DNA of 64,000 nt from Candidatus Eiseniibacteriota bacterium (lineage in GTDB: Bacteria; Eisenbacteria; RBG-16-71-46). Made by a program: the position numbers and the translations under genes. Positions 29,705 to 42,977 of this stretch are shown in pieces (positions within the stretch are counted from its first letter, which is position 1; each line of letters opens with the position of its first letter). A model generated the notes under the pieces. That model was not told the DNA's origin. It searched no databases and was given only the letters and a program-made list of their open reading frames with translations. Location: contig OY970342.1 of assembly GCA_963717505.1 (NCBI GenBank), positions 1,792,001 to 1,856,000 on the forward strand, given 5' to 3'.

Positions 29705-31702
29705 ATGAGCGTCCTCGAGACCCCCGCTACCACGCTGTATCCATCGCGCGCCGGCACTCGTCCGATGACCGCGGAAGACCTGTGGGCGCTGCCGCGCGTT
29801 GGGGCACCCGTGCCCGCGCACGACGGATCGTGGTGTGTCGTGCCGGTGACCACTTACGACATGGCAAAGAACGCCGGCACCACGCGACTGTGGCGGGTCA
29901 CGCCGCAGGGCGCTCCGACGCCGCTGACTTCGCCCGAGCACTCGAGCACCGATCCGGCGCTGTCGCCTGACGGCCGGAAGCTCGCGTTCTGTCGCAAGGT
30001 GGGCAGCGGCAAGCCGCAGCTCCACGTGATGGCGCTCGATGGCGGCGAAGCCGAGAAGCTCACCGATCTGCCGCTCGCGGTGTTCGATCCCAAATGGCTG
30101 CCGGATGGTTCGGGCATCGTGTTCGGTTCCTACGTCCTCAAAGGTCACTTCACGCCCGAAGCGGTCAAAGCCGAGCTGGAGCGGCGCGAGAAGGATCCGG
30201 TCAAGGCGCACATCACCGAGGATCGCTTCTTCCGTCACTGGGACACCTGGCTGACCACCGGTGAGGTGCCGCACCTGTTCGTGATCGATCTCGCGACCAA
30301 TGCGGTGCGCGACCTGACGCCCGAGTCCGCGCTGTGGTTCGACTTCATGGAGCCGCAGGGCGTCTACGACATCTCACCCGACGGCAAGGAGATCGCTTTC
30401 TCGGCGATGGGTTGGGTCGAACACATACCGACGGTGCGGTCCGCGGTGTACACGATCCCCGTAGCCGGCGGCCCGATGCACTGCCTGACGCCCGACAATC
30501 CCTCCGACGACTCGCGTCCACGCTACAGCCCCGACGGCAAGCGCATCGTCTACGGCATGCAGCACGACCCGTTCTTCTACGCCGACCGCGTGCGCGTCAT
30601 GAGCATTGACCGCGCCAGCGGCGTGCACTCGGAACTCGCTTCGAGCTGGGATCGCTCGCCGTCGCACTGGAGCTTCGGCCGCGACGGCACCCTGTATCTC
30701 GAAACCGAGGACGCGGGGCGCGTTTCGCTGTTCGCGCTCGCGGCTGCGGGCGAGCCCAAGACGATCCTGCGCGGGGGTTGGGTGTCGGGGGCGCGTGCCG
30801 CCGGCGGCAAAGTGTTCTTCGCGCTTCAGTCGCTATCGCAGCCGTCGGAGGTCTTTGCCTGCGGTCCGGACGGCAGCGGACTCAGCCGCTGGACGTCGTT
30901 CACCGAACCGATCCTGTCGCGCTGCGCGCTGGGCGAAGTCCGCGAGTTGACGTTCGCGGGCGCCGGTGACGAGACCGTGCAGATGTTCGTCGTGTTCCCG
31001 CCGGGCTACAAAGAGGGTCAGAAGCTGCCCCTGGTGCAGGTGGTGCACGGTGGCCCGCACGCCACCAGCGGCGACATGTTCCACATGCGCTGGAACCCGC
31101 ATCTGTTTGCGGCACCCGGCTACGTGGCGGCGATGGTCAACTTCCAGGGTTCGACTTCGTGGGGCCAGGACTTCGCGCAGCGCATTCAGGGGGAGTGGGC
31201 CGAGCGCCCGTACAACGACGTCATGCGCTCGACCGACGTGCTGGTCGCCGCAGGAATTGCGGATCCCAAGCGCATGGCCGCGATCGGTGGGTCCTATGGC
31301 GGATACATGGTGGCCTGGATCGCCGGCCACACCGATCGGTTCCGCTGCATCGTCAACCACGCAGGGGTGTTCGACGCGCTCGGCCAGTACGCGAGCGACT
31401 GGACCATGGGGCGCGGGCGCGCGTGGGGCGGCGAAGCCTGGGACGGCCTCGAGAACATCGACCGCTGTAACCCGGCGCGGTTCGCGGCTGGCATGAGCAC
31501 GCCGATGCTGGTGATCCACGGCGAGCGCGACTACCGGGTTCCGGTCAACCATGGCCTCCAGTGCTACGGCATCCTCAAAGCCAAGGGTGTGCCGGCCCGG
31601 CTCGTCTACTTTCCCGACGAGAACCACTGGGTGCTCAAGCCACGCAACTCGATCGTCTGGTATCGCGAAGTCCACGCCTGGCTGACGCGCTACCTGACGT
31701 AG
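29705..31702 (+). CDS. S9 family peptidase (dipeptidyl aminopeptidase/acylaminoacyl peptidase)
   Basis: SPDG propeller repeats, HGGP, GGSYGG, HGERDYRVP, FPDENH. Confidence 0.92.
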   Translation: MSVLETPATTLYPSRAGTRPMTAEDLWALPRVGAPVPAHDGSWCVVPVTTYDMAKNAGTTRLWRVTPQGAPTPLTSPEHSSTDPALSPDGRKLAFCRKVGSGKPQLHVMALDGGEAEKLTDLPLAVFDPKWLPDGSGIVFGSYVLKGHFTPEAVKAELERREKDPVKAHITEDRFFRHWDTWLTTGEVPHLFVIDLATNAVRDLTPESALWFDFMEPQGVYDISPDGKEIAFSAMGWVEHIPTVRSAVYTIPVAGGPMHCLTPDNPSDDSRPRYSPDGKRIVYGMQHDPFFYADRVRVMSIDRASGVHSELASSWDRSPSHWSFGRDGTLYLETEDAGRVSLFALAAAGEPKTILRGGWVSGARAAGGKVFFALQSLSQPSEVFACGPDGSGLSRWTSFTEPILSRCALGEVRELTFAGAGDETVQMFVVFPPGYKEGQKLPLVQVVHGGPHATSGDMFHMRWNPHLFAAPGYVAAMVNFQGSTSWGQDFAQRIQGEWAERPYNDVMRSTDVLVAAGIADPKRMAAIGGSYGGYMVAWIAGHTDRFRCIVNHAGVFDALGQYASDWTMGRGRAWGGEAWDGLENIDRCNPARFAAGMSTPMLVIHGERDYRVPVNHGLQCYGILKAKGVPARLVYFPDENHWVLKPRNSIVWYREVHAWLTRYLT

Positions 31703-31705
31703 CGC

Positions 31706-33334
31706 TCACTCCCAGGGTGCGCGCAGCAGCACGCCCCGGTAGGCGAGGTCGCGCGCCGGCTCGGAGTCGAGCCTCAGATACGCGATGAAGCGCAGGGTGC
31801 GCCGCTCGGCGTCCAGCAACTCGCGGATCCGCGGATGGTCGGCTTCGGCGCTGTCGACCGGCGCGCGGAAGCCGAAGGGTGCGTAGTTCGAGCGGAACTC
31901 GGCCGACTCGATGAGCTGGTAGTCGGTCAGCGACCACGCCGTCGGCGGATCCCCCAGGTAGCCTTCGGCCGGACCGAGGACGATCAGGTCCGGGCGGCGC
32001 GACAGCACGTACGCGCCGTCGCCCTTCACGTGACCGGAGTATTGTTGAAGACGCGTCACCACCGGGCCGACGGGGGCGTGAGCGATCACCCGATCGTTGA
32101 GCCCCATGGTGTCGATGAAGCGCAACGACGGCGCGTGGAACGGCGTCGAACCCGCGGTGCCGACCGCAACCAATGACCCCGCGCGCAGGTTCTGCTCGAG
32201 ATACCGGCCGACCGGTGCGCCGACCGTCGCCGCGTAGTCACGCTCGATCGGCGCCATGAGCTGAACCGCAAAAGGAATCGCAGCAGCGAGCAGCGCAAGC
32301 GCCGCGATCGGCCGTGCGCGGGCCGGTACTGCAAGCGCGGCCCAGCCGATCGCGCAGGCGCACAGCGGGACGATCGGCGCCAGCAACCGGCCGTACGGCA
32401 TGTGATCGCCGCCCGCGAACACGATCCCCGCCAGCACCGGCAGCGTGAGCCACAAGACTCGTGCGTAGCGCCAGGAGCGCGCCAGGGCAATCGCCGCGAA
32501 TGCACAGGCCGCCGGTGGCACCCAGTAGAGCCAGTTCGACGACAAGTACTGGAGCGCGCCCGCAAGGCGAAGGCCCAACGCGATGCCGGAACCCTTGGCG
32601 TAGGCGACATTGGGTAGCATGTCGCCGTAATACGTCCCGCGGAACGCAAGCCAACCAAGGCCGGCGGCGGCGCACGGCAGCGCCACGCGCCACGCGTTTG
32701 CCCGCCACGGGGGCGGAATCAGAAGCATTGCGACCGCCCCAGCCACGAAGCCTTCCGGACGCGTGAGCCCCGCGAGCGCGAACGCGATCCCGGCGAACCA
32801 CGCCGCCGGGATCGAGGCGCGCGCGACGCTCTGCGGCCACCGGGGATCGTGACTGCCGGCGCGCCAGATGAGCCACGCGCCCAATGTGAGCAGAAACGCG
32901 AAGCCTGTGCTCTCCAAACCGCCGAGGCTCCAAATGAGCAGGCCGAAATGGCTGGCGACGATGAGCAGTGCGATCGGCCCTGCCACATGCAGCACGAGCC
33001 ACGCGAGCAGCAGCAAGGACGCGACGCCGAGGATTCTTGAAGCCGCCTCGAGCGGTATGCCGAGTGCTCCCAGCCCGGCGGAGAGCCCGACCCACAACGG
33101 ACTCGAGTAGCCTTCGACACGCTCGCCGTCGGTCCAGGTCAGCCCGTGTCCGGTGAGCAGTCGCTCGGCGTAACGCAGCGCGATGAACGCATCATCGTGA
33201 TAGAAGTGCCGCGCGTGCCAGAGGCCGAGGCCCAAGGCAGCGAGCGAGACGAGGACCAGGACAGAGTTCGGGAAAGTGCCCGCGTGCGGGGAAACGGCTT
33301 CGGGGACACTCGACTCGGATGGTCGGTCGGCCAT
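31706..33334 (-). CDS. GT-C fold membrane glycosyltransferase-like protein (AftB-like)
   Basis: 'DDAFIALRYA..GERVEGYSSPLW', 'GLES', 'RPEG', 'YYGDMLPN..YAK', 'GGDHMPYGR', 'IDTMGLND'. Confidence 0.7.
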   Translation of the reverse strand: MADRPSESSVPEAVSPHAGTFPNSVLVLVSLAALGLGLWHARHFYHDDAFIALRYAERLLTGHGLTWTDGERVEGYSSPLWVGLSAGLGALGIPLEAASRILGVASLLLLAWLVLHVAGPIALLIVASHFGLLIWSLGGLESTGFAFLLTLGAWLIWRAGSHDPRWPQSVARASIPAAWFAGIAFALAGLTRPEGFVAGAVAMLLIPPPWRANAWRVALPCAAAGLGWLAFRGTYYGDMLPNVAYAKGSGIALGLRLAGALQYLSSNWLYWVPPAACAFAAIALARSWRYARVLWLTLPVLAGIVFAGGDHMPYGRLLAPIVPLCACAIGWAALAVPARARPIAALALLAAAIPFAVQLMAPIERDYAATVGAPVGRYLEQNLRAGSLVAVGTAGSTPFHAPSLRFIDTMGLNDRVIAHAPVGPVVTRLQQYSGHVKGDGAYVLSRRPDLIVLGPAEGYLGDPPTAWSLTDYQLIESAEFRSNYAPFGFRAPVDSAEADHPRIRELLDAERRTLRFIAYLRLDSEPARDLAYRGVLLRAPWE

Positions 33335-33403
33335 GACGAATACGAAGATAGGGCCTCGGGGTCACTCCCGTCGATTCCGAGGTAATTTGATACCTTCCGA
33401 CCC

Positions 33404-34417
33404 ATGACTGCGTTCCGGGCACTCGGCCTGCTCTCCGGCGGTCTCGACAGCGCGCTGGCCGCGCGCATCCTGATCGACCAGGGCCTCGAAGTGGTCGGAC
33501 TCCATCTCGAATCGCCCATGGCCTGCCGCTCCGACGTGCACGCCGTGGCGCGCGAGCTGGGGATCCAGCTCGAAGTGCGCCAGAAGGGCGAGGAGTACCT
33601 GCGCCTGCTGCGCCATCCGCGTTGGGGGCACGGCCGAAACATGAACCCGTGCATCGACTGCCGGCACTACATGTTCCAGATCGCCGAGTCGCACCTCGAG
33701 GAGTTGGGCGCCAGCTTCTTGTTCACCGGCGAAGTGCTCGGGCAACGCCCGATGTCGCAGACACGCGCGAGCATGCAGCTGATCGATCGCGCGGCGGGGC
33801 TCGAGCGCCGGATCCTGCGGCCGCTCTCGGCGCGCCTGCTCGACGAGACCGAACCCGAGACGCGAGGCTGGGTCGATCGCTCGCGTCTGTACGCAATCGC
33901 CGGCCGATCGCGGCATCTGCAGCTGGCCCTCGCCGAGCGCTGGCAGCTGACCGCGCACCAGTCGCCGGGTGGGGGCTGCCTGCTGACCGACGCGCACTTC
34001 TCGGCCAAGCTCAGGGACTTGTTCGCGCATCAGCCCGAGGAACGGACGACCATGGAAGACGTGGCAATGCTTCGGGTCGGCCGCCACTACCGAGTCGCTC
34101 CCGAACTCAAGATCGTGCTCGGGCGGGATCGCGACGAGAACGCGAAGCTCGCCGCACTCGAAAACGACGAGCGCTGGCTGGTCGAGCCGGTCGGATTCAG
34201 CGCTCCCGCGGCCTTGGTCGTCGGCCCGCGCAGCGAACCGGCGCTGGCCAAGGTTCTGGAGTTGATCGCCATCCACGCCCGAACGATTCCGGCCGAGGCC
34301 TCGGTGCGCTGGCGCGACGGTAACTCGTGGCTGCACAGGGAGATCCAGCCGTCGGCGGCCTCCGCGCCTGACGTTTTGGCGACCGCGGTCCGCGCGGCTC
34401 CGGCTGGGCCGCGATGA
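33404..34417 (+). CDS. PP-loop tRNA thiolation-like protein (ThiI/MnmA-related)
   Basis: SGGLDS PP-loop, 'MNPCIDCR', 'TGEVLGQRPMSQ', 'PGGGCLLT', 'GRHYR'. Confidence 0.75.
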   Translation: MTAFRALGLLSGGLDSALAARILIDQGLEVVGLHLESPMACRSDVHAVARELGIQLEVRQKGEEYLRLLRHPRWGHGRNMNPCIDCRHYMFQIAESHLEELGASFLFTGEVLGQRPMSQTRASMQLIDRAAGLERRILRPLSARLLDETEPETRGWVDRSRLYAIAGRSRHLQLALAERWQLTAHQSPGGGCLLTDAHFSAKLRDLFAHQPEERTTMEDVAMLRVGRHYRVAPELKIVLGRDRDENAKLAALENDERWLVEPVGFSAPAALVVGPRSEPALAKVLELIAIHARTIPAEASVRWRDGNSWLHREIQPSAASAPDVLATAVRAAPAGPR

Positions 34418-35022
34418 ACCCGCCCGCCGATCCCGCCGATACCGTCGAGAGCCCACGCAGGGAGCCCAGGCTCCCGCCGGGACAGATCCTCACCGAGAAG
34501 TGGCCGGTGCTCCATCACGGCGCGGTTCCCAAGGTGAACCTCGCCACATGGGACTTCCGGATTCACGGCTTGGTCGAGGCGCCGGTTGGCTGGACGTGGG
34601 AAGAGTTCCAGAAGCTCCCGCGGTTTCGCGCGAAGAGCGACATTCATTGCGTGACCCGCTGGAGCCGTTACGACAACACGTGGGATGGCGTGTCGATTCG
34701 GGAGGTGTTCCGGCACGTCGTGCTGAAGCCCGAGGCCCGTTTCGCGATCGTTCACGCCGAACAGGGCTACACGACCAATCTGCCGCTTGCGGAGTTGATT
34801 CAGGACGATGTCCTACTCGCCGACCAGCACGATGGCGTACCGCTCACTCCCGAGCACGGCTGGCCCCTTCGCCTTGTCGTTCCCCGGCGTTACTTCTGGA
34901 AGAGCGCCAAATGGGTGCGTGGGATCGAAATCGTCGCCCGCGATCACCCTGGATTCTGGGAACAGAACGGCTACCACAACGACGCCGACCCCTGGCGCGA
35001 GGAACGCTTCTCGGACTGGTAG
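34414..35022 (+). CDS. Sulfite oxidase-like molybdopterin oxidoreductase (YuiH-like)
   Basis: 'RLPPGQ', 'DIHCVTRWS', 'EHGWPLRLVVP', 'YFWKSAKW', 'GFWEQNGYH'. Confidence 0.88.
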   Translation: MNPPADPADTVESPRREPRLPPGQILTEKWPVLHHGAVPKVNLATWDFRIHGLVEAPVGWTWEEFQKLPRFRAKSDIHCVTRWSRYDNTWDGVSIREVFRHVVLKPEARFAIVHAEQGYTTNLPLAELIQDDVLLADQHDGVPLTPEHGWPLRLVVPRRYFWKSAKWVRGIEIVARDHPGFWEQNGYHNDADPWREERFSDW

Positions 35023-35046
35023 TCGCGGTCATCGGCGGAGCGCGCG

Positions 35047-36768
35047 ATGAGCACCACCCCGCGCGAAACCGCACTCGCCTGGCTGCGCGCCCAGTTGAAT
35101 GAGATGGGTGGCTTCCGCAATGCCACCACGCGCGACACTCAGTTCAAGCAGTGGCGTCAGAACACGCTCACCGTGATCCAGCGAATCTGGCCGGGCATCA
35201 CCGAACGGTCGCGACGGTTCAAGAAGGTGCCGTTCGCCCCGGCGTCCAACCTCGCGGATTCGCGCGAGGTACGCGAGAGCTTCGAGCGCGGCTGCGCCGA
35301 GGCCGAGAGCCTGTTGAGCCATTGGATCCAGGAGATCGAGGAGCACGGTGTGCGCCACGAGCCGGCCGAGAAGTCGCAGGCGTCGACCGACGTCGCCGAA
35401 TATGCCGCGACTCTGACGCTCGATCACGCGCCGTCCTCCGACGAGCCGGGCGAGCACGAAGACGAAGTGCGCACGTTGGACCTGGACGATGCTCCCGCTC
35501 AGCCACCGGCACCGCCCGCGGCGCAGATGCAGGGACAGCCCGCTGCGTCAGCGCACCCCCCGGCACCCGGGCACGTTCCGGTTTCGCAACCCCAGGCGCC
35601 GGCGCCCGAGGCCCCAGCCGCGGCTCCTCCGCGCAAGGTTCGCAAGCCCGCAGCCGCCAAGTCCAAGACGCGGCTCAAGGATCTGCTGGGCCTCGGTCAT
35701 CTTTCAGCGGCCCAGGGTGCCGCCGATCACTCGTCGACGGCAGACGGTGAGAATCTGGCGGCTCCGCCGCCGGCTGCCGACACGCCATTCCCGGGGCCGC
35801 CGCCGGTTGCTGTGACACCGTTCCCCTCGCCGCCGCCGGTTGCCGACACACCGTTCCCTGCTCCGCCGCCAGTTGCCGACACGGCAACACCGGTGCCGAC
35901 CGCGTTTCCCGCGCCACCGCCGGTAGCCGACGCATCGTTCCCGCCGACGACCGGAATTCCGGCGGCTTCGGTGTTTCCCGCGCCTCCGCCCGGGTCCGAC
36001 TCTCAGTTTCCGTTGCCGTCCAATTTCCCCACGGGCCCGTTCCACACGACTTCGGAGGCGACCTCGGAGCCGATGGCCGATGCGGAGGATGCGGTCGAGG
36101 ACCTCGAGGATCCAGTCGCGCCCGATGAGCACGTGTTCGCGTCCCGCGAGATCGACCTGGACGCGCACGATGGCGCCGATGCGCAGTCTTACGAGTCCAT
36201 GGTCGAGAAGCTCGAGAACGAAAAGACGACCGAGCCCCTCGTGCCACCCGCAGCCTCGGTGCCGTTCCCCGGACCACCGCCGATCCCGAATGTCATCCCG
36301 ATTACGCCGCCCGAGGTCGCCACGGCGCCGCCAGTGGCCACTCCGCAAAGGACCCCGTCGTCGGCCTTCCCGGCTCTGGCCCCGATCGCGGCGGAACCCC
36401 AATCCGAGTCCTCCGAACCACTCGAGCTCGACCCGGCGAGTCTGCTTCAGGTGGTCTCGGTCGACACTCCGCGCAGCCCGGCGCAGGACGGGTCGATTGG
36501 GCTGGTCTCCGACGACATCGGGCCGGGCCGCTTCAGCGGTCGGACCGCGCCGGTCGCAGCACTCGCCGCCCAGCTCGATCACATGGACATCCCGCCGATC
36601 GATCGCGTGGCACTCAAGCGATTCCTGATCGACCTCGCCCTGCGCCTCGAATCCGACACCTGCGCATGGGTCGATTTGCGGGCGGCAATCATCACCGTAA
36701 TGGAGTATCCGCAGCTCGCGCGTCGCGCGCTGCCCGCCCTGCTGCCGTTCCTCGATCGGGCGGCCTGA
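35047..36768 (+). CDS. Hypothetical protein with long Pro/acidic low-complexity linker
   Basis: Ordered-looking N- and C-terminal segments flank a Pro-rich core. Co-oriented within the gene run. Confidence 0.6.
   Translation: MSTTPRETALAWLRAQLNEMGGFRNATTRDTQFKQWRQNTLTVIQRIWPGITERSRRFKKVPFAPASNLADSREVRESFERGCAEAESLLSHWIQEIEEHGVRHEPAEKSQASTDVAEYAATLTLDHAPSSDEPGEHEDEVRTLDLDDAPAQPPAPPAAQMQGQPAASAHPPAPGHVPVSQPQAPAPEAPAAAPPRKVRKPAAAKSKTRLKDLLGLGHLSAAQGAADHSSTADGENLAAPPPAADTPFPGPPPVAVTPFPSPPPVADTPFPAPPPVADTATPVPTAFPAPPPVADASFPPTTGIPAASVFPAPPPGSDSQFPLPSNFPTGPFHTTSEATSEPMADAEDAVEDLEDPVAPDEHVFASREIDLDAHDGADAQSYESMVEKLENEKTTEPLVPPAASVPFPGPPPIPNVIPITPPEVATAPPVATPQRTPSSAFPALAPIAAEPQSESSEPLELDPASLLQVVSVDTPRSPAQDGSIGLVSDDIGPGRFSGRTAPVAALAAQLDHMDIPPIDRVALKRFLIDLALRLESDTCAWVDLRAAIITVMEYPQLARRALPALLPFLDRAA
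35764..35945 (+). repeat. Degenerate 33-bp coding tandem repeat (PPPVADTPFPx)
   Basis: PPPAADTPFPG, PPPVAVTPFPS, PPPVADTPFPA, PPPVADT.., PPPVADASFP. Confidence 0.7.
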
Positions 36769-36852
36769 CCTCGCCCTAGTCCGCGACCCCTCGCGCGGCG
36801 AGCGCGGACGGCGACTGTTGCAATCATCCGCAGCGGGCGGCAAGATTCCGCC

Positions 36853-39459
<2,607 letters not shown>

Positions 39460-39467
39460 CCCCCGCG

Positions 39468-41777
39468 TCAGTTGACCCGCACGAAACGCGCGGATCCGGC
39501 CTCACCGACACCGTGGATGCGGGCCCAGTAAACCCCCGGCCTGGCCTTGGAGCCGTCGGTGCGACGACCGTCCCATTCGACGACGTGTTTTCCACTCGTG
39601 AGACCAGCCAGCGATTTCGACCACACACGTTGGCCCGTTGCGGAGAATACTTCGAGCCGCGCGGCGTTGGAGCCGCCGGCCAGATCGAACTCAATGGATT
39701 GGACACCGATGGCAGGGTTCGGTCGTATGGACGAGATCCCACCACGACCGCGGGACTCGGGCGAAGGCACGGACAGTGTCACTGCCCAACTCAGCTCGCT
39801 CGCGCCTTCGTAGGCGAAGTGCGTGTCGGTGCCGCCGTGGTACTGACCGCCGTAGAGCACCATGCGGTCTCGAGCGGCGTCGGCAATGACGGTACCTTGC
39901 CCACGACTGCTCGGCACACTCCCGTCGGGTTGCAGCTGGGTCCACGTGTGTGGTCCGTCGAGGGAAAGAGCAAAGGTTTCAGGTTGCGGGAAGATGTCGT
40001 AACCCGCGCCGTGGAGCACCAGGCGGTCGCGGACGGGGTCGTAGATTGCGCCCCATGACCACACCGGCTGGCCCGGCGGCGCTCCTGAAGTCGCGATCGT
40101 TGCCCAGGTCGGCGTGCCCGCAAGCGTCAATTCCCAGACGTCAGGGATGCCGAGCGTACCGCCGATGACGATCATCCGGTCGCGGGGCGGGTCATAGACC
40201 GCCGCATGGAACGAGCGCGCGCCCGGAGGACCACTCCCCGGCAACTCGGTCCAGGTCGGGGTTCCGGATAGAGTCAGCTCGAAGGTCCGGTTGTCTCCTC
40301 CTCCGAAAACGATCATCCGGTCGCGAGGCGGATCGTAGATTGCCGAGTGACCAACACGCGGCGGAGGTGGAGCGCCCAACGCCACCATCGGGCTCCACCC
40401 GACCGGGTGATGGAGCGTGAGCCGCCAAAGATCGCCGAGCAGGGCACCGCCGAGACCTTCCTGACCGCCGAAGACGATCATCTCGTCCCTCGAGGGATCG
40501 TAGATGGCACTGTGCCCGTGGCGCGCCGCAGGCATCGGATCTCCTGGCTCCCGCGGCTCGGCGAACGGCGACCAGCGGAGCGGTCCAAGATCGAGCATCC
40601 ACGAATTGTTGCCGTCCACGAAATTTGTAATGCCTCCAAAGACGAGCATCTGGTCGGAGGCGGGAAGATGGATCGCCGTGTGAAAGTAGCGCCCCGCCGG
40701 CTCGATGCCCGCATGGAGTTGGGTCCATGCCGGTACTCCCGTGAGCGATAGCGCCCACACGTCGTCGTAATCCGTGTACCCGCCGAAGACGAGCATGCGC
40801 TCCCGGCGGGAATCGTACGCAGCGCCGTGAAGGTGGCGGGGCGCGGGTGGGTTCGGTGTAGCCAGCAGGGTCCAGGAGGCATCGGACATGGAAAGCGACC
40901 ACGCCTCGCTGCTGGGTCCTGAGGCGGCCTGACCTCCGAAGAACACCATGCGGTCTCCCGCCGGATCGTAGATCGCGGTTGCGCCGAAGCGCGGGGTCGG
41001 GGGCGTCCCGGTTGTTGCCAGCAGGGTCCAGGTCGAGGCGGCGAAGTCCGCGACCCAGACCTCGTTCAGTGGTCCCGTCGCATCCTGGCCTCCGAAGATC
41101 ACCATGCGGTCGCGCGCCGGATCGTAGATGGCCGCGTGTTGATACCGGGGCGTCGGAGGTGTGCCACCGAGGGTCACAAAGCTCCATGCCGGATTCGCGA
41201 GATCGAGCGCGCGCACGTCGTTGCGGAGTGCGCCCCCGCCGCCGTTGCCGCCGAAGATCACCATGCGATCGCGCAGGGGGTCATGGACCCCCGAATGCCC
41301 GTAACGGACGCTCGGAACGATTCCCATGGGAGTCAGCTGAGTCCAGGTCGGCGATCCCGACAGGCTCAGTACGAATGAGTCGTTCCTGTGGGCGCTGGGT
41401 TCCCCTTCTCCCGGACCGACTGAACCCCCGAAAACGACGAGCTGGTTGCGGATCGGGTCGTAGACATGCGCGGCGCCAAACCTCGGGGGCCCGCCGGACG
41501 CGATCGGGCGCCAAACCTGGGGATCCGACAGCGAGAAGCCCCAGGAGTCTGTTGCCACGGAAATCAGGCCCAAGGGAGTTGGTACGACACCTCCGTGGAC
41601 GACGAGCCGGTCCAGACCTTCGTCGTACACGCAGGCCAGCCCGTACCGCTCATCCGGCTGAACCCCGAGGCCACGCCAGGTGCCATCGGGAGGGGATGCG
41701 GTCGCGATCCTCGAGAAAGCGGTCGCGATCGACAGAAGCGCTGTGGACCATATGTATCGGGATCGGATTCGAATCAC
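39468..41777 (-). CDS. Kelch-repeat secreted protein with FlgD-like CTD
   Basis: About 12 repeats of 'R..H.AIYDP.RDRM.VFGG'. Signal peptide. 'PNP..WDGRRTDGSKARPGVYW'. Confidence 0.85.
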   Translation of the reverse strand: MIRIRSRYIWSTALLSIATAFSRIATASPPDGTWRGLGVQPDERYGLACVYDEGLDRLVVHGGVVPTPLGLISVATDSWGFSLSDPQVWRPIASGGPPRFGAAHVYDPIRNQLVVFGGSVGPGEGEPSAHRNDSFVLSLSGSPTWTQLTPMGIVPSVRYGHSGVHDPLRDRMVIFGGNGGGGALRNDVRALDLANPAWSFVTLGGTPPTPRYQHAAIYDPARDRMVIFGGQDATGPLNEVWVADFAASTWTLLATTGTPPTPRFGATAIYDPAGDRMVFFGGQAASGPSSEAWSLSMSDASWTLLATPNPPAPRHLHGAAYDSRRERMLVFGGYTDYDDVWALSLTGVPAWTQLHAGIEPAGRYFHTAIHLPASDQMLVFGGITNFVDGNNSWMLDLGPLRWSPFAEPREPGDPMPAARHGHSAIYDPSRDEMIVFGGQEGLGGALLGDLWRLTLHHPVGWSPMVALGAPPPPRVGHSAIYDPPRDRMIVFGGGDNRTFELTLSGTPTWTELPGSGPPGARSFHAAVYDPPRDRMIVIGGTLGIPDVWELTLAGTPTWATIATSGAPPGQPVWSWGAIYDPVRDRLVLHGAGYDIFPQPETFALSLDGPHTWTQLQPDGSVPSSRGQGTVIADAARDRMVLYGGQYHGGTDTHFAYEGASELSWAVTLSVPSPESRGRGGISSIRPNPAIGVQSIEFDLAGGSNAARLEVFSATGQRVWSKSLAGLTSGKHVVEWDGRRTDGSKARPGVYWARIHGVGEAGSARFVRVN

Positions 41778-41843
41778 GGGTCGTACCCCCGGGCCGGATT
41801 CGAATGATACCGCTTTCCAAAGGTATCAAGTTGCGAAAAACGA

Positions 41844-42977
41844 CTAACGCGCTGCGACGCGCATCCGCCGGCGCACGAAGTCGTCCGCCGGGTCGGCCGG
41901 CGTCTCGCGCGCGATCGCCAGCGCCTGCTGGAGTGCGCTCTTACGTTCCTCGTCCGTCGTCGACTCGATGATCTTCTCGAGCGCCGCGACGTGAGCGTCG
42001 CGCAGCGCCTCTTCGGGTTTCGCGGCGATGTCGGGTTGAACGCCGGTGCCTTCCCAGTTGGTTCCGGTCACCGGATTGATCGCGCGGCCGGTGGCGATGA
42101 ACGCGGCGAAGTTCGGGTTCAGCCGGAACATGCCGCCAGGATGAGCGCCACCTGCCGTCGGGGCACCCATCACCGTACCGAGCTTGTGGGTCTTGACGTC
42201 GTAGGCGAACTCCTCGGCCGCCGAGCCGGTGAGCGGGCTCACGAGAACGTAGATCGGCTTGCCGTGGAAGCGAGCTCCAGGAACGAACGACACCGTCCAC
42301 CACTGCTCGCGCTCCATGCCTTCGGGTGTGCGCTGTTCGAAGTTGTTGAAGTTCAGACGCGCGCCCGGCTCGATCAGGTAGGTGAGCAGGGTCGCGATCA
42401 TCTTCGGGCTGCCGCCGCCGTTGCGGCGCAGGTCGATGATCAGCGCGTCGGAGCCGCCCAGGAACTGCATGGCCGCCAGCGCCACCGGCTGGGCCTCGTC
42501 GGCGTTCGAGAACATGCGCAGGTCGAAGTAGCCGACATTGCCCGACAGCCGCTGCACCTTCTCGAATCCGTAGTTGCGCTGCCGTTCCTGATCGCGCGCG
42601 CGCTGTCTTTCTGCTGCCGAGGGCTCAGCGATCACCTCGGGCAGCGGCTCGTGGCGGTAGTGGACCCGCAGATGAAGATCGTGGGTCACGGCCTGCAGGT
42701 GGGAGGTCAGGCTGTCGGCGAATTCCTTGGCGCTGGTGATCCTGTCGTATTCGTGCTTCTTCATGCGCTGGGCGATCGCCTTGGTCGTCTGCTTGGCCTT
42801 GTCGGGGAAGATGTAGCGGCGGTCGACCGCATCGATCAGCGAATCGATTACCGTCTTGCGGGTCGCGGCGTCGAGCGTGAGATCGGGCTGGTCCGGCGAC
42901 GGCATGCGGACCTGGGCGCCGGCGAAGGCGGGCAACAGAAGCAGGAGCAACGAGACCACGGAACGGCGGGCGTTCAT
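41844..42977 (-). CDS. S41 family peptidase (IRBP-like)
   Basis: 'DLHLRV', 'IIDLRRNGGG', 'TGSAAEEFAY', 'TAGGAHP', 'NWEGTGVQPD'. Signal peptide. Confidence 0.9.
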   Translation of the reverse strand: MNARRSVVSLLLLLLPAFAGAQVRMPSPDQPDLTLDAATRKTVIDSLIDAVDRRYIFPDKAKQTTKAIAQRMKKHEYDRITSAKEFADSLTSHLQAVTHDLHLRVHYRHEPLPEVIAEPSAAERQRARDQERQRNYGFEKVQRLSGNVGYFDLRMFSNADEAQPVALAAMQFLGGSDALIIDLRRNGGGSPKMIATLLTYLIEPGARLNFNNFEQRTPEGMEREQWWTVSFVPGARFHGKPIYVLVSPLTGSAAEEFAYDVKTHKLGTVMGAPTAGGAHPGGMFRLNPNFAAFIATGRAINPVTGTNWEGTGVQPDIAAKPEEALRDAHVAALEKIIESTTDEERKSALQQALAIARETPADPADDFVRRRMRVAAR